A stretch of DNA of 64,000 nt, taken from Podarcis filfolensis (taxonomy: Eukaryota). Shown one piece after another: positions 12,197 through 24,859 of the stretch (its first letter is position 1; each line of letters opens with the position of its first letter). Location: assembly GCA_964270895.1 (NCBI GenBank), contig OZ185437.1; one strand, written 5' to 3'. Position numbers and translations under genes: made by a program. A model generated the notes under the pieces. The model did not search any database. It was not told where the DNA came from and was given only the letters and a program-made list of their open reading frames with translations.

Positions 12197-12963
12197 CGCA
12201 GAACAGAAAAGCAGTTAAAAATGACAGTTACTTGAATAACAATCACAACAGAATGGAATGCCTCGCTCATGTGACTCACAGTCAGCCAATCACATGAGAG
12301 AGCTACTGCCAAAGAAAAAAACCCATGCTGAAAATACACAGCAATTCAACACAAGCAGCATTCCCATTTCAGGAAATTAAGCCATTATCCTTAACATTGC
12401 TGTTGGTATAGTACAGAAACCACATACCACAGAAGCCCAGGAACCTCAACAGGAACTGAAGCATATGTTCAAGCCTTTGGCATCTTGTGTGGTCCAGGAT
12501 CATATGACCACATTTGTCCTCTTTTGTGAAATCAGTACTATATCTGAAGAGTGGGTTCTAATTTTAAAAGAATAGGAAAATGATGATGTAATAATATCAA
12601 CATCCTGATTAAGGTTGTCAGATGAGGTTGGTGGATGAGATGTCATTTTAATTAGTTGGCTCGATTTGTTAATTTACTCAAAATTAATACAATAGTCGAC
12701 GCTTGCAGATGATAATTGGAAGTTACATTATGAACAGGAGCTTCTGATGACACCGATTGTGAAATGTTCTCGTGTACCTGTGAAGAACTGGCATACATTG
12801 TCTGTTACGTCTTGCATTTCCTATAGACTTTTAGCCTCAGTCTGTGAAATTGGTGGGGCTTTCTTTTAATCTGTACCATGCACTTAACAACTCCCTATAA
12901 AAGCTTTGTGGCCTTATCTGCCATAAATCAGAGTGGCTTTCTAAAATAAAAAGAGAACACTTC

Positions 12964-13050
12964 ATGCATCTGTTCTAGCACATGAAAGCTTACATTCCGC
13001 AATATGTTTGTTTAGTCTTTAAGGTGTCACAGATTCTTAGTTTTTGTTTT
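12964..13050 (+). mobile_element. Degenerate Penelope-like terminal fragment with decayed hammerhead
   Basis: GCATCTG..CACATGAAAGCTTA..TTTGTTTAGTCTTTAAGGTGTCAC parallels the 29711-29790 arm, but the CTGANGA core is deleted. Confidence 0.55.
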
Positions 13051-13812
13051 TTAAGCTCAAATATGTTGCCTCTATTGGGGTATACACAGTTTTTTTCACT
13101 GCCTCTTTGAAACCCAGCATTGAGCCCTGCACAGAGGGCAAGTAAAATGTGATGTATTGTTCATTTATTTATTTTAAAAGCTAAATATTGAGGTTCCAGC
13201 CTCCTCTTTGTTAAAAGGGTAATTAAGTAGGAAAGAAACAGGTTGAAATTCATTCCTGTCAAGTCCTCTCTCTCTCTCCCCAAGTTATCAACTACTCAAA
13301 CCGTCCTTTTGCATCAGCTTTAATTAATGCCCATTTTGGGGGCAACATATCTCATCTGCTGTGTCTTCTAAGAAGAGCCTATTCTGTTGTAGGTATTTCT
13401 GCCACATACATTTTGGAATGGTTTGAATTACACTGAACAATGCACCTACCAATTTTCCCTCTCCTTCAACCTGTTTTTAATAAAGTCAACATGGCTTGTT
13501 CATCCGTTGTGAGACCAGCAAAAATACATAAATAAGACACACACTCTTTCTCTCTCTAACATAGGGAACGTCTGCGAAATCCATTTAAAATCATGACCCA
13601 GTACAAACGAGAGAAAGAGAGATTGAACTGGGTCATAATTTTAAATGGATTTTGCAGACTTTCTCTATGTAACCTCCCCCTTCCCAGCAAAGAGCTGTCA
13701 TCCGAAACACAGTTATGGGGTGTATGGGAAATGGGTTCTGTAAGGGATGTTGGTGCCTCTGGACTGCAACAGTGTGGAAGTTGCTTCCCTGTGGTATCTT
13801 CTCACACGTGAA

Positions 13813-14204
13813 AGGGCCATAGCTTAGTGGTATGGCGTCTGAAGGTCCCAGGTTCAATCCTTGACCTCAAGATAGGACTTGGGGAAGACCCTACCTCAAA
13901 TCTTGGAGAGTCAATGCCAGTCAGTGCAGACAGTTATGTGCTAGATGAACTAATGGCCTGACTCTGTATACAGTGGTACCTCGGTTTAAGTACTTAATTC
14001 GTTCCGGAGGTCCGTTCTTAACCTGAAACTGTTCTTAACCTGAAGCACCACTTTAGCTAATGGGGCCTCCCACCATGCAATTTCTGTTCTCATCCTGAAG
14101 CAAAGTTCTTAACTCGAGGTACTATTTCTGGGTTAGCGGAGTCTGTAACCTGAAGCCTATGTAACCCGAGGTACCCAAGGTATAAGGCAATTTCCTACGT
14201 TCCT
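13813..14204 (+). mobile_element. tRNA-derived SINE interrupted by a Tigger-like MITE
   Basis: A-box AGCTTAGTGG and B-box GGTTCAATCC. Body CCAGTCAGTGCAGAC..CTGACTCTGTATA resumes after the MITE as AAGGCAATTTCCTACGTTCC. Confidence 0.7.
13971..14176 (+). mobile_element. Tigger/Tc1-like MITE
   Basis: Follows TA. CAGTGGTACCTCGG...CCGAGGTACC, with the same internal sequence as the 30511 and 57575 copies. Right tip damaged. Confidence 0.85.
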
Positions 14205-15354
14205 AAGTCAATGAGGCCATCAGTGAGGTGTCTTCCCATGTGAACATTGCCTGGCTTGAAGGAAGGCCAACATTGACATAGCAAGGCAGCTCATCCATAG
14301 CCCTGTCATTGTAGTTCTTGCATCCAAATGATACCGAAGTACTGTGGGGAGAAAAGCATGAAGACGCAGATCCCATGTTGCCATAGGAACATAGGAACAG
14401 GTCCTGTAATTTCATATCTGAAGTCATTCAAGGTGATCTCTGGGCAGCAAAAACCAAACGGCCTACAGAGTAGTTTCTTGTAACTCAGAGCAGAACAGAC
14501 ACATATGACCCGTCCAAATAGCATGAGTGGAATTTGACAAATGAATCTTGTCAGAGGGAGCACTCTGCAAGGACTTCTGTTTGTGCGATGGGGCTTTCCC
14601 TTTCTCTTTTCCCAACGTGCACCTTTGCACCTTGGCTCTGAGGGGTCAGGAGAGCCCCCAGAGCAGCTCCTGGGGGCAGGAGAGGGGGAATTGTTCCATC
14701 TGGGAAGCCAAAATGCTTGCCCTAATGGAAGTATAGCCTTAAGGCAAGACTGAACTCCTCCCCGTATGTTTAAGTTCTGCTGATTTCAACAGATGAAATC
14801 AATCAGATCGAAAACTTTGGATAGATTTTGTCCTAGGGCTATAGCAGCCAATGCTATAGTTCCATTTATAGCGCCTTATGTTTGCAGAATCCATCCTACT
14901 GCTGGTCACTTCTTTACTTCCTCTTCTTCACAGTTATGCCCTGGGTATCTGATGGAGGTGAAAGACTCACCCTAAAAATTTTTAAGATTAGCATTGGCAT
15001 GATGATTTGCTAAACTGCCTCATGGCAGTTCCTACAGTGGTTCTTTCTCTCTTACATAGCTGAAGCAGGTGCTCCTGGGATTTTGACACCTCAGGTAGTT
15101 GTCTAGTTTATTTCTATGGATGGGTCTGGTCTTCCTGCTAAGCTACAGCTGAACACTACAATACAGTCTGCCAATTGAAATTAACAGGGTTTACCTGATT
15201 CTATCCAGCCAAATGCTTTCACAATACCTTTTTAAGATTCAATAGGGCTTGTTTTCCAGGTTAGGTTCATAGTTGAGGGCTAGTAAAAACTCTCACATCC
15301 TTCTTAACATTGATTCCAACCTGGAATGTTTGATAATATGGTCCTCCTAAAACA

Positions 15355-15432
15355 TTCTTCTTCTTCTTCTTCTTCTTCTTCTTCTTCTTCTTCTTCTTCT
15401 TCGTCTTCGTCTTCGTCTTCGTCTTCGTCTTC
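15355..15432. repeat. Compound microsatellite (TTC)n then (GTCTTC)n
   Basis: Direct reading: TTC array switching to a 6-mer variant at ~15403. Confidence 0.95.
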
Positions 15433-16116
15433 CTTTTTATTTCTCAGGACATCTGTGGCAACAAATAAATGCATGTTTTGAAATTACTTTGTTTTCCTAG
15501 TCTGTCGAATTGTAGTTTTCCTTTATGTCACCTGCAAAATGCAAAACGAGATCTCAGCATTACAGGCCTATTTTTTAAAAAATCTTCTAGAATTCTTCCT
15601 CCATAGGGAGCATTGTTTATGTCAAAGGTACTCATCACAAGCAAAGGTTTAATTCTGAGATCAGAGGCTGCATTTTCATCAAACTTTCTCCAAACTGGAT
15701 GGAGCAAGAGTTGTCTTGTTCTGGCTTTAGTACAGATTAAAGCCCTCCTGCCACTTGCCTGGGGCTTGTCCGTTGATGGAATCTTTAAAGAATAAAGCAG
15801 CCAAACCCAAACAAAGTGGCCTTGAAAACAGGCAAATTGATTTTCTTCTGCAGATCAGAAATTTCAAGAGGTTTTCAAGGATCTGCTAAAAGCCACTTCT
15901 ATGGCACTGACCTGGCTTTGGTGTCCCATGTTTTCTCTTCCCCTTATAAAATACTGCTTGGGGAGCAAGAAGAAAAATAGCCCGAATAGTTAGCATTGAC
16001 GCAGGATTGTAGACCTTTCGAAGCATTTGCTTGAATATCTATGAGCTAAAAGCAGAGCATGGGTAGGGGAATGAACTAATGCTCTACCCCCCAACATCTC
16101 TGACTCCACTTCAGAT

Positions 16117-16880
16117 TGGGATGATGAAATCTGACAGTGTTGGTTTCTAGTTTCTCATTTTTTTACACTTAAGTACAGTTTTCCATGGACACGGGTGGCG
16201 CTGTGGGTTAAACCACAGAGCCTAGGACCTGCTGATCAGAAGGTCGGCGGTTCGAATCCCCGCAACAGGGTGAGCTCCCGTTGCTCGGTCCCTGCTCCTG
16301 CCAACCTAGCAGTTTGAAAGCACGTAGATAAATAGGTACCGCTCCGGCGGGAAGGTAAACAGCATTTCTGTGCGCTGCTCTGGTTTGCCAGAAGTGGCTT
16401 AGTCATGCTTGCCACATGACCCACATGACCCGGAAGCTGTACGCCGGCTCCCTCAGCCAATAAAGCAAGACGAGCACCGCAACCCCAGAGGCAGTCATGG
16501 CTGGACCTAATGGTCAGGGGTCCCTTTACCTTTCCCTTTACAGTTTTCCACATTTCTGCCAGTTTCTGAATTTTTCAAGAAACAAGTCCTCATGAAAAAA
16601 ACCACCAGTGGAAATTTCTCCAAATATACAATTTTCTTCCCCAAAAGCTATTTCCCTTCGCATAATGTACTTTTGCATGCTATCTTCACTTATATATGCA
16701 CATTCATGCACACTTTACCCTCCTATATACATGTTCGCACATTGTACATGGCTGAAGAACTGCACTGAAAAATATGGAGATGTACAAGTTTCAAAGGGTG
16801 GTTCACACATTATTTTGGAAAGTGAAAATTAGGAAGGTCCACCTGTAAATGCAAACTGAATCCAATTTCTCTCACATCCC
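16117..16880. mobile_element. Old AT-rich DNA-transposon-like repeat hosting a Sauria SINE
   Basis: Blocks such as CTGACAG..GTTTCTCATTTT..CAGTTTTCCACATTTCTGC and AAATTTCTCC..AATATACA recur at 24.9, 35.0, 50.4 and 53.2 kb. Confidence 0.5.
16187..16538 (+). mobile_element. Sauria SINE (Squam1)
   Basis: Full head-to-tail match. 12-bp TSD TACAGTTTTCCA (16174-16185 / 16539-16550). Small internal CCACATGAC duplication. Confidence 0.95.
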
Positions 16881-17528
16881 TCCTTTGAGCCTTCATGTAC
16901 TGAGAAGAAATGCCTAAACAGGGATTCTAAGTGCACTTGAGTGACTGTGCTCAGAATTCTCCTCCCACCCCGGAACCCCGATAAGGCAGAGTTCCCCTTC
17001 ATGGGTTGGGGGATTCTAAGCATGCACAGCTGATTGGAACTTGTATGTGACAGTAATGACCCAGGCCATTTTTCCTGAACCATTCTCCAGCACAAATTAT
17101 ACCGAGGAAATGTTATGCGTGGGCATTTTGGCATAATGCACATATAACAGGAGTAGCAAATGTAGCCTGAAAGCATTAGTTCATTAATCAGCCTGCTTAA
17201 TTCATTAGCTATAGGTTAAAAGCTGTAGGTTTTTAATCAACAGATTTTAATTGGAACTGTTCCTCCTCACACTGTGTTTTTAAGGGTGTTTGGAATCCTT
17301 GTTATAATTTTGTAAGCAGTTGTGAGTCATTCCCCGATTAAGCAGTGTCAGGGGTGGGAGAATTTATTGCCGCACTCTAGGAATTGTTGCTCCTTTAAAA
17401 CCAAGCTGCCAAGGAAAATAGGAAGTTGCCTTATGCTGAATGAGACCATTGGTCTATCGAGCTCAATATTGTCTCCATGCCATGGGTTAGGAAATCAGGA
17501 CTGGGGCCCAAATGCAACCCTCTATTGG

Positions 17529-17889
17529 GTATACCTGAAGGAGCGTCTCCACCCCCATCGCCCAGCCCGGACACTGAGATCCACCTCTGAGGGCCTTCTG
17601 GCGGTTTCCTCACTGTGAGAAGTGAGGTTACAGGGAATCAGGCAGAGGGCCTTCTCGGTATTGGCACCCACCTTGTGGAGTGCCCTCCCATCGGATGTCA
17701 ATGAGATAAGTAACTATACAACCTTTAGAAGACTTCTGAAGGCAGCCCTGGATAGGGAAGCTTTGTAATGTTTGATGCTTTATTATGTTTCTGTATATGC
17801 TGAAAGCCACCCAGAGTGGTTGGAGCAACCCAGTCAGAAAATAACAAATAACAAATAAATGAACAATAAAACAACAACAACAACAACAA
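17529..17889 (+). mobile_element. L2 LINE 3' fragment
   Basis: Begins GTATACCTGAAGGAGCGTCTCC, carries the ORF2 C-terminal remnant and ends in an (AAC)n tail. Confidence 0.9.
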
Positions 17890-17964
17890 TCTGACTGGAC
17901 CTTGGAACAGAACCCAGCCCATATCCCTCCCTGGTCCTGCTTTTTACCTTTCTCAAGTTGAATT

Positions 17965-18092
17965 GGATAGCTTGAATTGGTTAGAGCGTGGTGCTGATAA
18001 CACCAAGGTTGCAGGTTCAATTCTCGTATGGGATGCAGAGCGTTAGACTAGATGATCCTCAGTGTCCCTTCCAACTCTACAATTCTATGATC
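17965..18092 (+). mobile_element. tRNA(Ile)-headed SINE with CR1-type tail
   Basis: TTGGTTAGAGCGTGGTGCTGATAACACCAAGGTTGCAGGTTC is tRNA-Ile-like. Tail GACTAGATGATCC..CCTTCCAACTCT..ATTCTATGA. Confidence 0.8.
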
Positions 18093-18314
18093 CTAAGTCC
18101 CTTTGCCTGGCTGCAACTCTGCTGCTGCTTCTTGCTTGCCTAGGTGGAGGATTGAGACAGGTGTTTTGAGTTTGTATAAAAAGGTAAGATTAACATTTGT
18201 TGCTCTGTCTATTTCACCATCTTGCCCAGTTTCTCCACTTGACATGTGGCTTCTGGAAGGTTGCCCAGAAAGGCATGAGACCCTCAGTCTGAAAATGGTT
18301 CCCCATCCCTGGCC

Positions 18315-18436
18315 TACATGGATGGTGATGGTTCCTCAGAATTTCAGACAAAGGCCTACCTGGAGAGACATGCAGGGATTGAACCTGGAACCTTCTGCAT
18401 GCAAAGCAGGTGCTCTCCCACTGAGCCATGGCCCTT
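18315..18436 (-). mobile_element. tRNA-derived SINE fragment
   Basis: Reverse complement GGGCCATGGCTCAGTGGGAGAGCACCTGCTTTGCATGCAGAAGGTTCCAGGTTCAATCC is a tRNA-Ala-like head with A and B boxes. Confidence 0.65.
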
Positions 18437-18963
18437 CCCTTCAGGTACCAGTGGCATATAGCATGAAAGAGCTCTTAAATGTGAGAAAATCAGAGCTCCT
18501 GTTGCCTCCTCATATCTGCTGAGGGCTAACTAAATGCAGTTTCTCTTCCTGTCACAGTATCAGGCTGATACTATTCAGCCCAGACAGTCCCTCCACCTGG
18601 AGGCTGTTCCAGTAGCACAGACACTAAGGTGTCTCGCTGCTTGGCTTTATTCCCTGGTTCAAGCCCAGTGGGGCTACCAGATGTGGGAAAATGCATCATA
18701 CGATGGACAGGATTAATGGTGAATCACACTAAATTACTCAGAATCATGAAACTTGACATGAGGAGTAGCATCTAGAGGGCTATATAACAGTGTCATTTTC
18801 ATATTTTTCAAAGTGACAATTCCCTGAACAAAGGCTGCCCTCACTTCAGAAATCATGTTTTGGTTTTACGCAATCCCTCCCCCCCTTCTCTTAATCCTAC
18901 AGACTGAGCAGGAAAGTAAGGGGAAGCAGGGTTTTTTTGCTGGGTTTTGAGACCCAAAAGAAG

Positions 18964-19310
18964 GTAAAGGTAAAGGGACCCCTGACCATTAGGTCCAGTC
19001 GTTACCAACTCTGGGGTTGTGGCGCTCATCTCGCTTTATTGGCCAAGGGAGCCGGGTACAGCTTCCGGGTCATGTGGCTAGCATGACTAAGCCGCTTCTG
19101 GTGAACCAGAGCAGCGCACGGAGACACTGTTTACCTTCCCACTGGAGCGGTATCTATTTATCTACTTGTAATTTGACGTGCTTTTGAACTGCTAGGTTGG
19201 CAGGAGCAGGGACCAAGCAACGGGAGCTCACCCCATCGTGGGGATTTGAACTGCTGACCTTCTGATCGGCAAGTCCTAGGCTCTGTGGTTTAACCCACAG
19301 CGCTACCCGC
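18964..19310 (-). mobile_element. Sauria SINE (Squam1)
   Basis: Antisense near-full-length copy. AAAAGAAG flanks both sides (18956-18963 / 19354-19361). Confidence 0.95.
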
Positions 19311-21160
19311 ATAGGTAGGTAAAGGTACTAGGTAAAAGAAGGTAGGTAAAGGTAAAAGAAGAGGGCGTGCAGGAGCCTTATAGCCTGCTCACACTTTAGA
19401 AAAAGGCTATATTCTCAGCAACATCAGGGGTAGACAACTCATGGGCAACTTCTTATCTCTCATCCCTGCCTGCTCCATTGGCCAACTTTGACAGGTGTCA
19501 ATCACCTGCTGTTACAGTGATTCCAGATAACCTGCTTTCCTCCTCTCCCCATGATTCAAAATCAAATTGTGTGAACAAAGTCTGGTGATCAGCTGAGATT
19601 CAAGACAAAAAAACCGCTGGATTATTGCACTAAAATTAACCAATGCTGCGATTCTATACACGCTTACCTGGAATTAAGTCCCACTCAGCATAGTGAGATT
19701 CCTCCTGAATAATTATTATTTATAAGATTTCACTGACTGTCAATGAATGGTTGAAACCTAAATACAATCCCTTTGGCCAGGTCAGAATTTCTAAATACTG
19801 GTGGTGTGGCAGGAAGTCAAAGAGATTTGCTGTCAGAAGATAAAAATCTGACCTGAAGAGCACACCACAAATTGAGGCAAATGCAGGAACTAACCATCTC
19901 AAGTGTGTGAGTAGTGACTTCTTGTCATTTTTATCTGATGCTCACCAAATTGCTCTTAGAAGACAGGCAGTCCCTCTTCAAAAGAGTTGAAAGCAACCAC
20001 ACTGGTTTTTTTGAGACACCTCCTTATCGAACCCTTTATCACACTCTTCCACGGAGGTATTTTGCATAGTTGTCAGGGGGTTTTCCAAGTTGTGGTGCCT
20101 GATTCTCAAAGCCTCTGCTTTTGACTCCCTCAGGCCAGCATGTCTTCACAAATCATTACACTACTTTGGCTGCTAAGTGTGACAAGAGGGACTAAATCAG
20201 CAATCATGAGATGACTCATTCTCCCTTTATTGCCTCACTAAATATAGGACTGGTGGTTTTGTTTACTCTGGTTTCTTCTAAGAATTTCCCCTCCTTTCTC
20301 TTAATCCTGCAGGCTGGTTTTCTGGTACAGCAGGAAATTGAGAGGAGGCAGAATACAGGCTTGTTGTGTGTGTGTCTGTGTTGAAAAGTGTGGAGGGGTG
20401 AACTCAGGAGCACGGAAAGGGCGTGAGAGACAGAGACAAGCAAGAGGTGAACAACCCTGATCAGATAATGAGTAACAAGAAAATTGAGTTGGCAGATAGT
20501 CGCAAAGGTAGCTGTTATCAACAGGTGGCTGTTGAGCAAAGCATTACTGCTCTAGACGGAGCAACAACACAAGATACGTATGAGGTAGCACTAAAATATG
20601 TGAAACTAAGAAAGCATTTTCTCATGCGTTCGGCATGAGGGACAAAGCACTTTTCAGCAGCGATAGCAAATATGAACCAAGGGGCATACCCAAAGTCCAA
20701 ATCAACATTCATGACCCCATAAAACACCACCAGCGGCTTATTTTTTAACAGTATTTGTCCCCTGAACATGCCAGGAGACGCTGTCCATTTCCTCACAGAA
20801 GCTCTTGCTAGGGATCCACTTTCTTACAAATGATCTGAGAAATGTGGACTTGGGCTCCTCCTTGGGGCCTGGCCCTCTCCCTCGTGCAACAACCAACACT
20901 TGATTGATTTGATTTTCAGCATTTCTGCACCGCTTTGAATCCCAAAGCGGCTTACAAACAATTAATAGCAATAACCTAATAGCGGCTTACAAACAATAAA
21001 TAGCAATAACCTAACAGAGCATCAAGAGTGCAGAATAAATCATATGATACAATGAGCAAATCATCAGTAAAACATTTGCAATCTACAAAACGCTATTGAC
21101 AAACCAGTAACTAAAAGAATAAGCTGAACATCACAATTACAAAATAAGTCATATTATATG

Positions 21161-21162
<2 letters not shown>

Positions 21163-21214
<52 letters not shown>

Positions 21215-21528
21215 TTATTTATTCCCCGCTCATCTGGCTGGGTTTCCCCAAAATCCAACAAAATATTAAAATACAATAATTAATCAAATATTAAAAGCTT
21301 CCTTAAACAGGGCTGCCTTCAGATGTCTTCTAAAAGTCCGATAGTTGCTTATTTCTTTGACATCTGATGGGAGGGCATTCTACAGGGCGGGTGCCACTAC
21401 CAAGAAGGCCCTCTGTCTGATTCCCTGTAACTTCTGTTCTCGCAGAGAGGGAACCGCCAGAAAGCCCTTGGCGCTGGACCTCAGTGTCCAGGCAGAACGA
21501 TGGAGGTGGAGACACTCCTTCATGTATA
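21163..21528 (-). mobile_element. L2 LINE 3' fragment with long (TAA)n tail
   Basis: Antisense match to the 1666 copy. 5' end at TATACATGAAGGAG. Confidence 0.9.
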
Positions 21529-22691
21529 AGGCATTTATAATCTATAAAACAATATTAACAAAATAGCAACTAAAAAATAAGCTTAGCACACTCCCTTTCC
21601 TCCAGTGACTCAATCTTTCACTCTCTTCAGTTCATTAAAGTACACATACACATCTACCATACAGGAGGACCCCGATCTAAGAGAAATACCAATATGGAGA
21701 TGCTATGTGTTCTCCTCTCATATGCCTATAAATCCATCTTGAATAGCAGTGAAAGGGAAACTCCCTCCTGCAGCTGATGCTGGGAGAATGGCAGAATATC
21801 CAGTGTTGACACAGAAAGTCTTTGGGTCTTCCCCTTTCACAGGTGGAGGAAAACATTCTGCTGGAACACAGGTTATCATAATGGAGATTGCACACCCATG
21901 GAAAACAACGCGGGAAGGCCCCTAAATGAACTGCAAATTTGGTGGCATTTTGTTTTCCTCTGCTCGCCTTAAGCATTGCTAACTGCTTCCTCTGTGTCGT
22001 TCCCCGTCTTGGCCTGCTGCTTTACTATTCTTGGCAACTGACGATATCAAGAGCATTTGAAGGGATTCATGTTGATGTCTCTGTGAAACACTGACCCTCT
22101 TGTCCTCTGCCCTTCTCTTGAATTCCTGGCAAAGTTTGACAGAACAAAAGTCTACGTTGTTTCCTCTCACCCCCTCTCACCCCCTGAAATGCACAACTTT
22201 TCTGGGGATATAAATAATCTTCTGACTAGTTTTGCCAAGCAAAATCCAGAGCCTTATCACAACCATGTCCAGAAATGGCTGGAGAAAGTTGGAGAAATTG
22301 AATGTTGTGGGTTGTTTTTAAAAAAGGTAAACATTAATATTCAATGAAAGCTAACTATATATATATATATTAAGTATGCTTTTCATGCCATTCAGAAGAG
22401 CATAAAGGACAGTTGAGGTACGGTCCAGGCTCAGACCTGATATGTTTTAGCATACTTGATGCACCATGGGCCTTCTAACAATTCCCAGGGCGGATCTACA
22501 CTCATGGTTTTTAATGCTAAAAAAGAGTTAAGGAATGGTTCCGATAACCATACAGCCATGGGACATTCTTTTTCAACGTATTATTAAAATGTGACACCAG
22601 AGGGCGCTGCAGAGCAACCCCTTCAAAAGACCAAGTAGACCTTCTGGAATAGGACTTTTTTTGTCTCAACGTTTTAGAACACTCTTTTTTA

Positions 22692-22692
<1 letters not shown>

Positions 22693-22740
<48 letters not shown>

Positions 22741-23145
22741 TTATTATTTATACCCCACCCATCTGGCTGGGCCTCCCCAGCCACTCTGGGCGGCTTCCAT
22801 AAAAACCAAAAATACAGTAAAATATCACACGTTAAAAACTTCCCTGAACAGGGCTGCCTTAAGATGTCTTCTGAATGTCAGGTAGTTGTTTATCGCTTTG
22901 ACTTCTGCTGGAAGGGCGTTCCACAGGGCGGGCGCCACTACCGAGAAGGCCCTCTGCCTGGTTCCCTGTAGCTTTGCTTCTCGCAATGAGGGAACTGCCA
23001 GAAGGCCCTCGGCGCTGGACCTCAGCGTCTGGGCAGAATGATGGGGGTGGAGACGCTCCTTCAGGTATACTGGACCGAGGCCGTTTAGGGCTTTAAAGGT
23101 CAGCACCAACACTTTGAATTGTGCTCGGAAACGTACTGGGAGCCA
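22693..23145 (-). mobile_element. L2 LINE 3' fragment, young
   Basis: ORF 22825-23112 is an uninterrupted L2 ORF2 C-terminus. CpGs largely retained. (TAA)n tail. Confidence 0.93.
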
Positions 23146-23399
23146 ATATCGTTCTAATAACGTTTAAAATGTGAGTGTAGATCCAGCCCCAGAGGTCTGT
23201 CTCATCATATGAACCAATGGGCTGCAACTCTTGAAACTGTCCCCCACAAGTATCTTTTAGTTAGTTTTTTAAAATGCTAGTTTTATTTTGAAATAATAGG
23301 ACACCATTCGTGGTGGACAGGTTGTGGGTGACGTGATGGGCTTGACATATGCAGAAGTGGCTTGCTGGGTGGTGTGGAGCCACTATGCTAGTTTGCTGG

Positions 23400-23870
23400 C
23401 AGCAGGGTCATTGTTACTTACCAAGAGGAGGAGCGGCGAGGCAGCAGGGGGGTTGGCGCAGTGGACACACACCAGCAGAACCTCTGGATTCGCTCCACTG
23501 GTGTGTTTGCCCTGTGCCAACCTCTCTGCCACTTCCAGGGGTGAACGAAGGCTTACCAACACCCGGGGCGGGGCAAACCGCTGGCTGTGGATGCATGCAT
23601 TGCTACATAGGGCGCATGTGTGCTGTTGTTATGTACAGCGCATGCGTGTGACACCACGCATGCGTTGTATGTAGCGGTTTGCCCAAGCACCGTACAGACG
23701 GTGGCAGGATCCTCTCCTTGCGGCTGCAGCCACGAACAGAGGATCCTCCACATGCGGCTGCAGTGGCGCGATGGCTGCTCACGCCGCTGTGCCCAGGGGT
23801 GAGCACCCCGCGGGGTGCCTTCTTGTCACCCTTCCAGACATGGCACCCGCCCCCCCTTGCGACGCCACTG
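23400..23870. mobile_element. GC/CpG-rich probable non-autonomous DNA transposon (Harbinger-like end)
   Basis: Ends in GCGACGCCACTG (reverse complement CAGTGGCGTCGC), resembling lizard Harbinger-type termini. Internal direct and inverted repeats. Left end not found. Confidence 0.4.
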
Positions 23871-24859
23871 GCCACTTCACCTCCTCCTCTGCCCTAGTAA
23901 GCAACAGGGCTCTGCCTGCCAGGAAGCTCCAGAATGGTTCTGCCTCACCTGGCAAGCTGCCTCTGGACATTTGCATATCTTAAAAGATGCCACTGTCTCA
24001 TATGACAGCATTGTACCATGTGACTGCTTGTGGTCACGTTTGAGATTAGAGCAGGGGGGACCATTTGCTCGACTGCCCTTCTCCCTTACGCCAGTTTTGG
24101 GGTAGGTCAGAACATCCCCGCCCCCAGTACACCTACGTCTGACCAATTACGAAAATTCCCTTTTCTAATGATACTAATCTGGGGAGAGTAATCGCTCTTT
24201 CTCCATGGCTTAGCATTTTTAATCCCTCCCAAGTATACGTAGACTCGTAAGTTGTCCTTGCTCTATCTTGCCATCTATCCAATTTCCCTTCAGCATTTTT
24301 CATGCCGTCTAAGATCTCAGCCTGCTGTAAATAAGCCTGCAGTGGGAGACGCCGGATGCCTGATGATCCATACCGGGAGGGTCATCTCTCAGAAAGAGAT
24401 ACCACCTGCACATTCCTGCCAGCTATGGGAAACCGGAAGGCTTGTGATTTACTTCTCACTCAACCCTTCCTCCTCTTGTACTCCTGTACAAATATGTGAA
24501 TTACACTGCATATATATACCAGCAAATGAATAGCTCGCCCAATTTCAACTCTTCAGTCTCTATGCAAAAATTCCCCAATCAGAGCCCTGGTTCCTTCTTT
24601 ATTTCTTGCTTCCCTGTCCCCTTACATTTGCTTTTATTTTCCTTCACTTAAAGGTTTATTTTGGGTTTTTTTTTCTTTCTTTGCTAAAGGAAAGCTGTTG
24701 GCTTTCCTTTTAGCATTTCTTATGGGATGTTTCAGCCTGCTATCAGTAAGTCTGTTGTGGGAGAGTATGGATGCCTGAGGATCCCTCAAGTGACTTGGGC
24801 TCCTTTGGCAGGAAGAACCGGCAAATAGGAATTATTAATTAATTCATTAATAATAGCTC

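Noticed and set aside
12744-12775. CTGATGA-CAC..GTG-AAA resembling a hammerhead core
   Set aside because: No unpaired G12 is compatible with stem II, and no stem I pairing is possible.
14997-15063. ATGATGA ... CTGA spacing like a C/D box snoRNA
   Set aside because: Terminal stem is only ~2 bp, there are no C'/D' boxes, and I recognise no rRNA-complementary guide.
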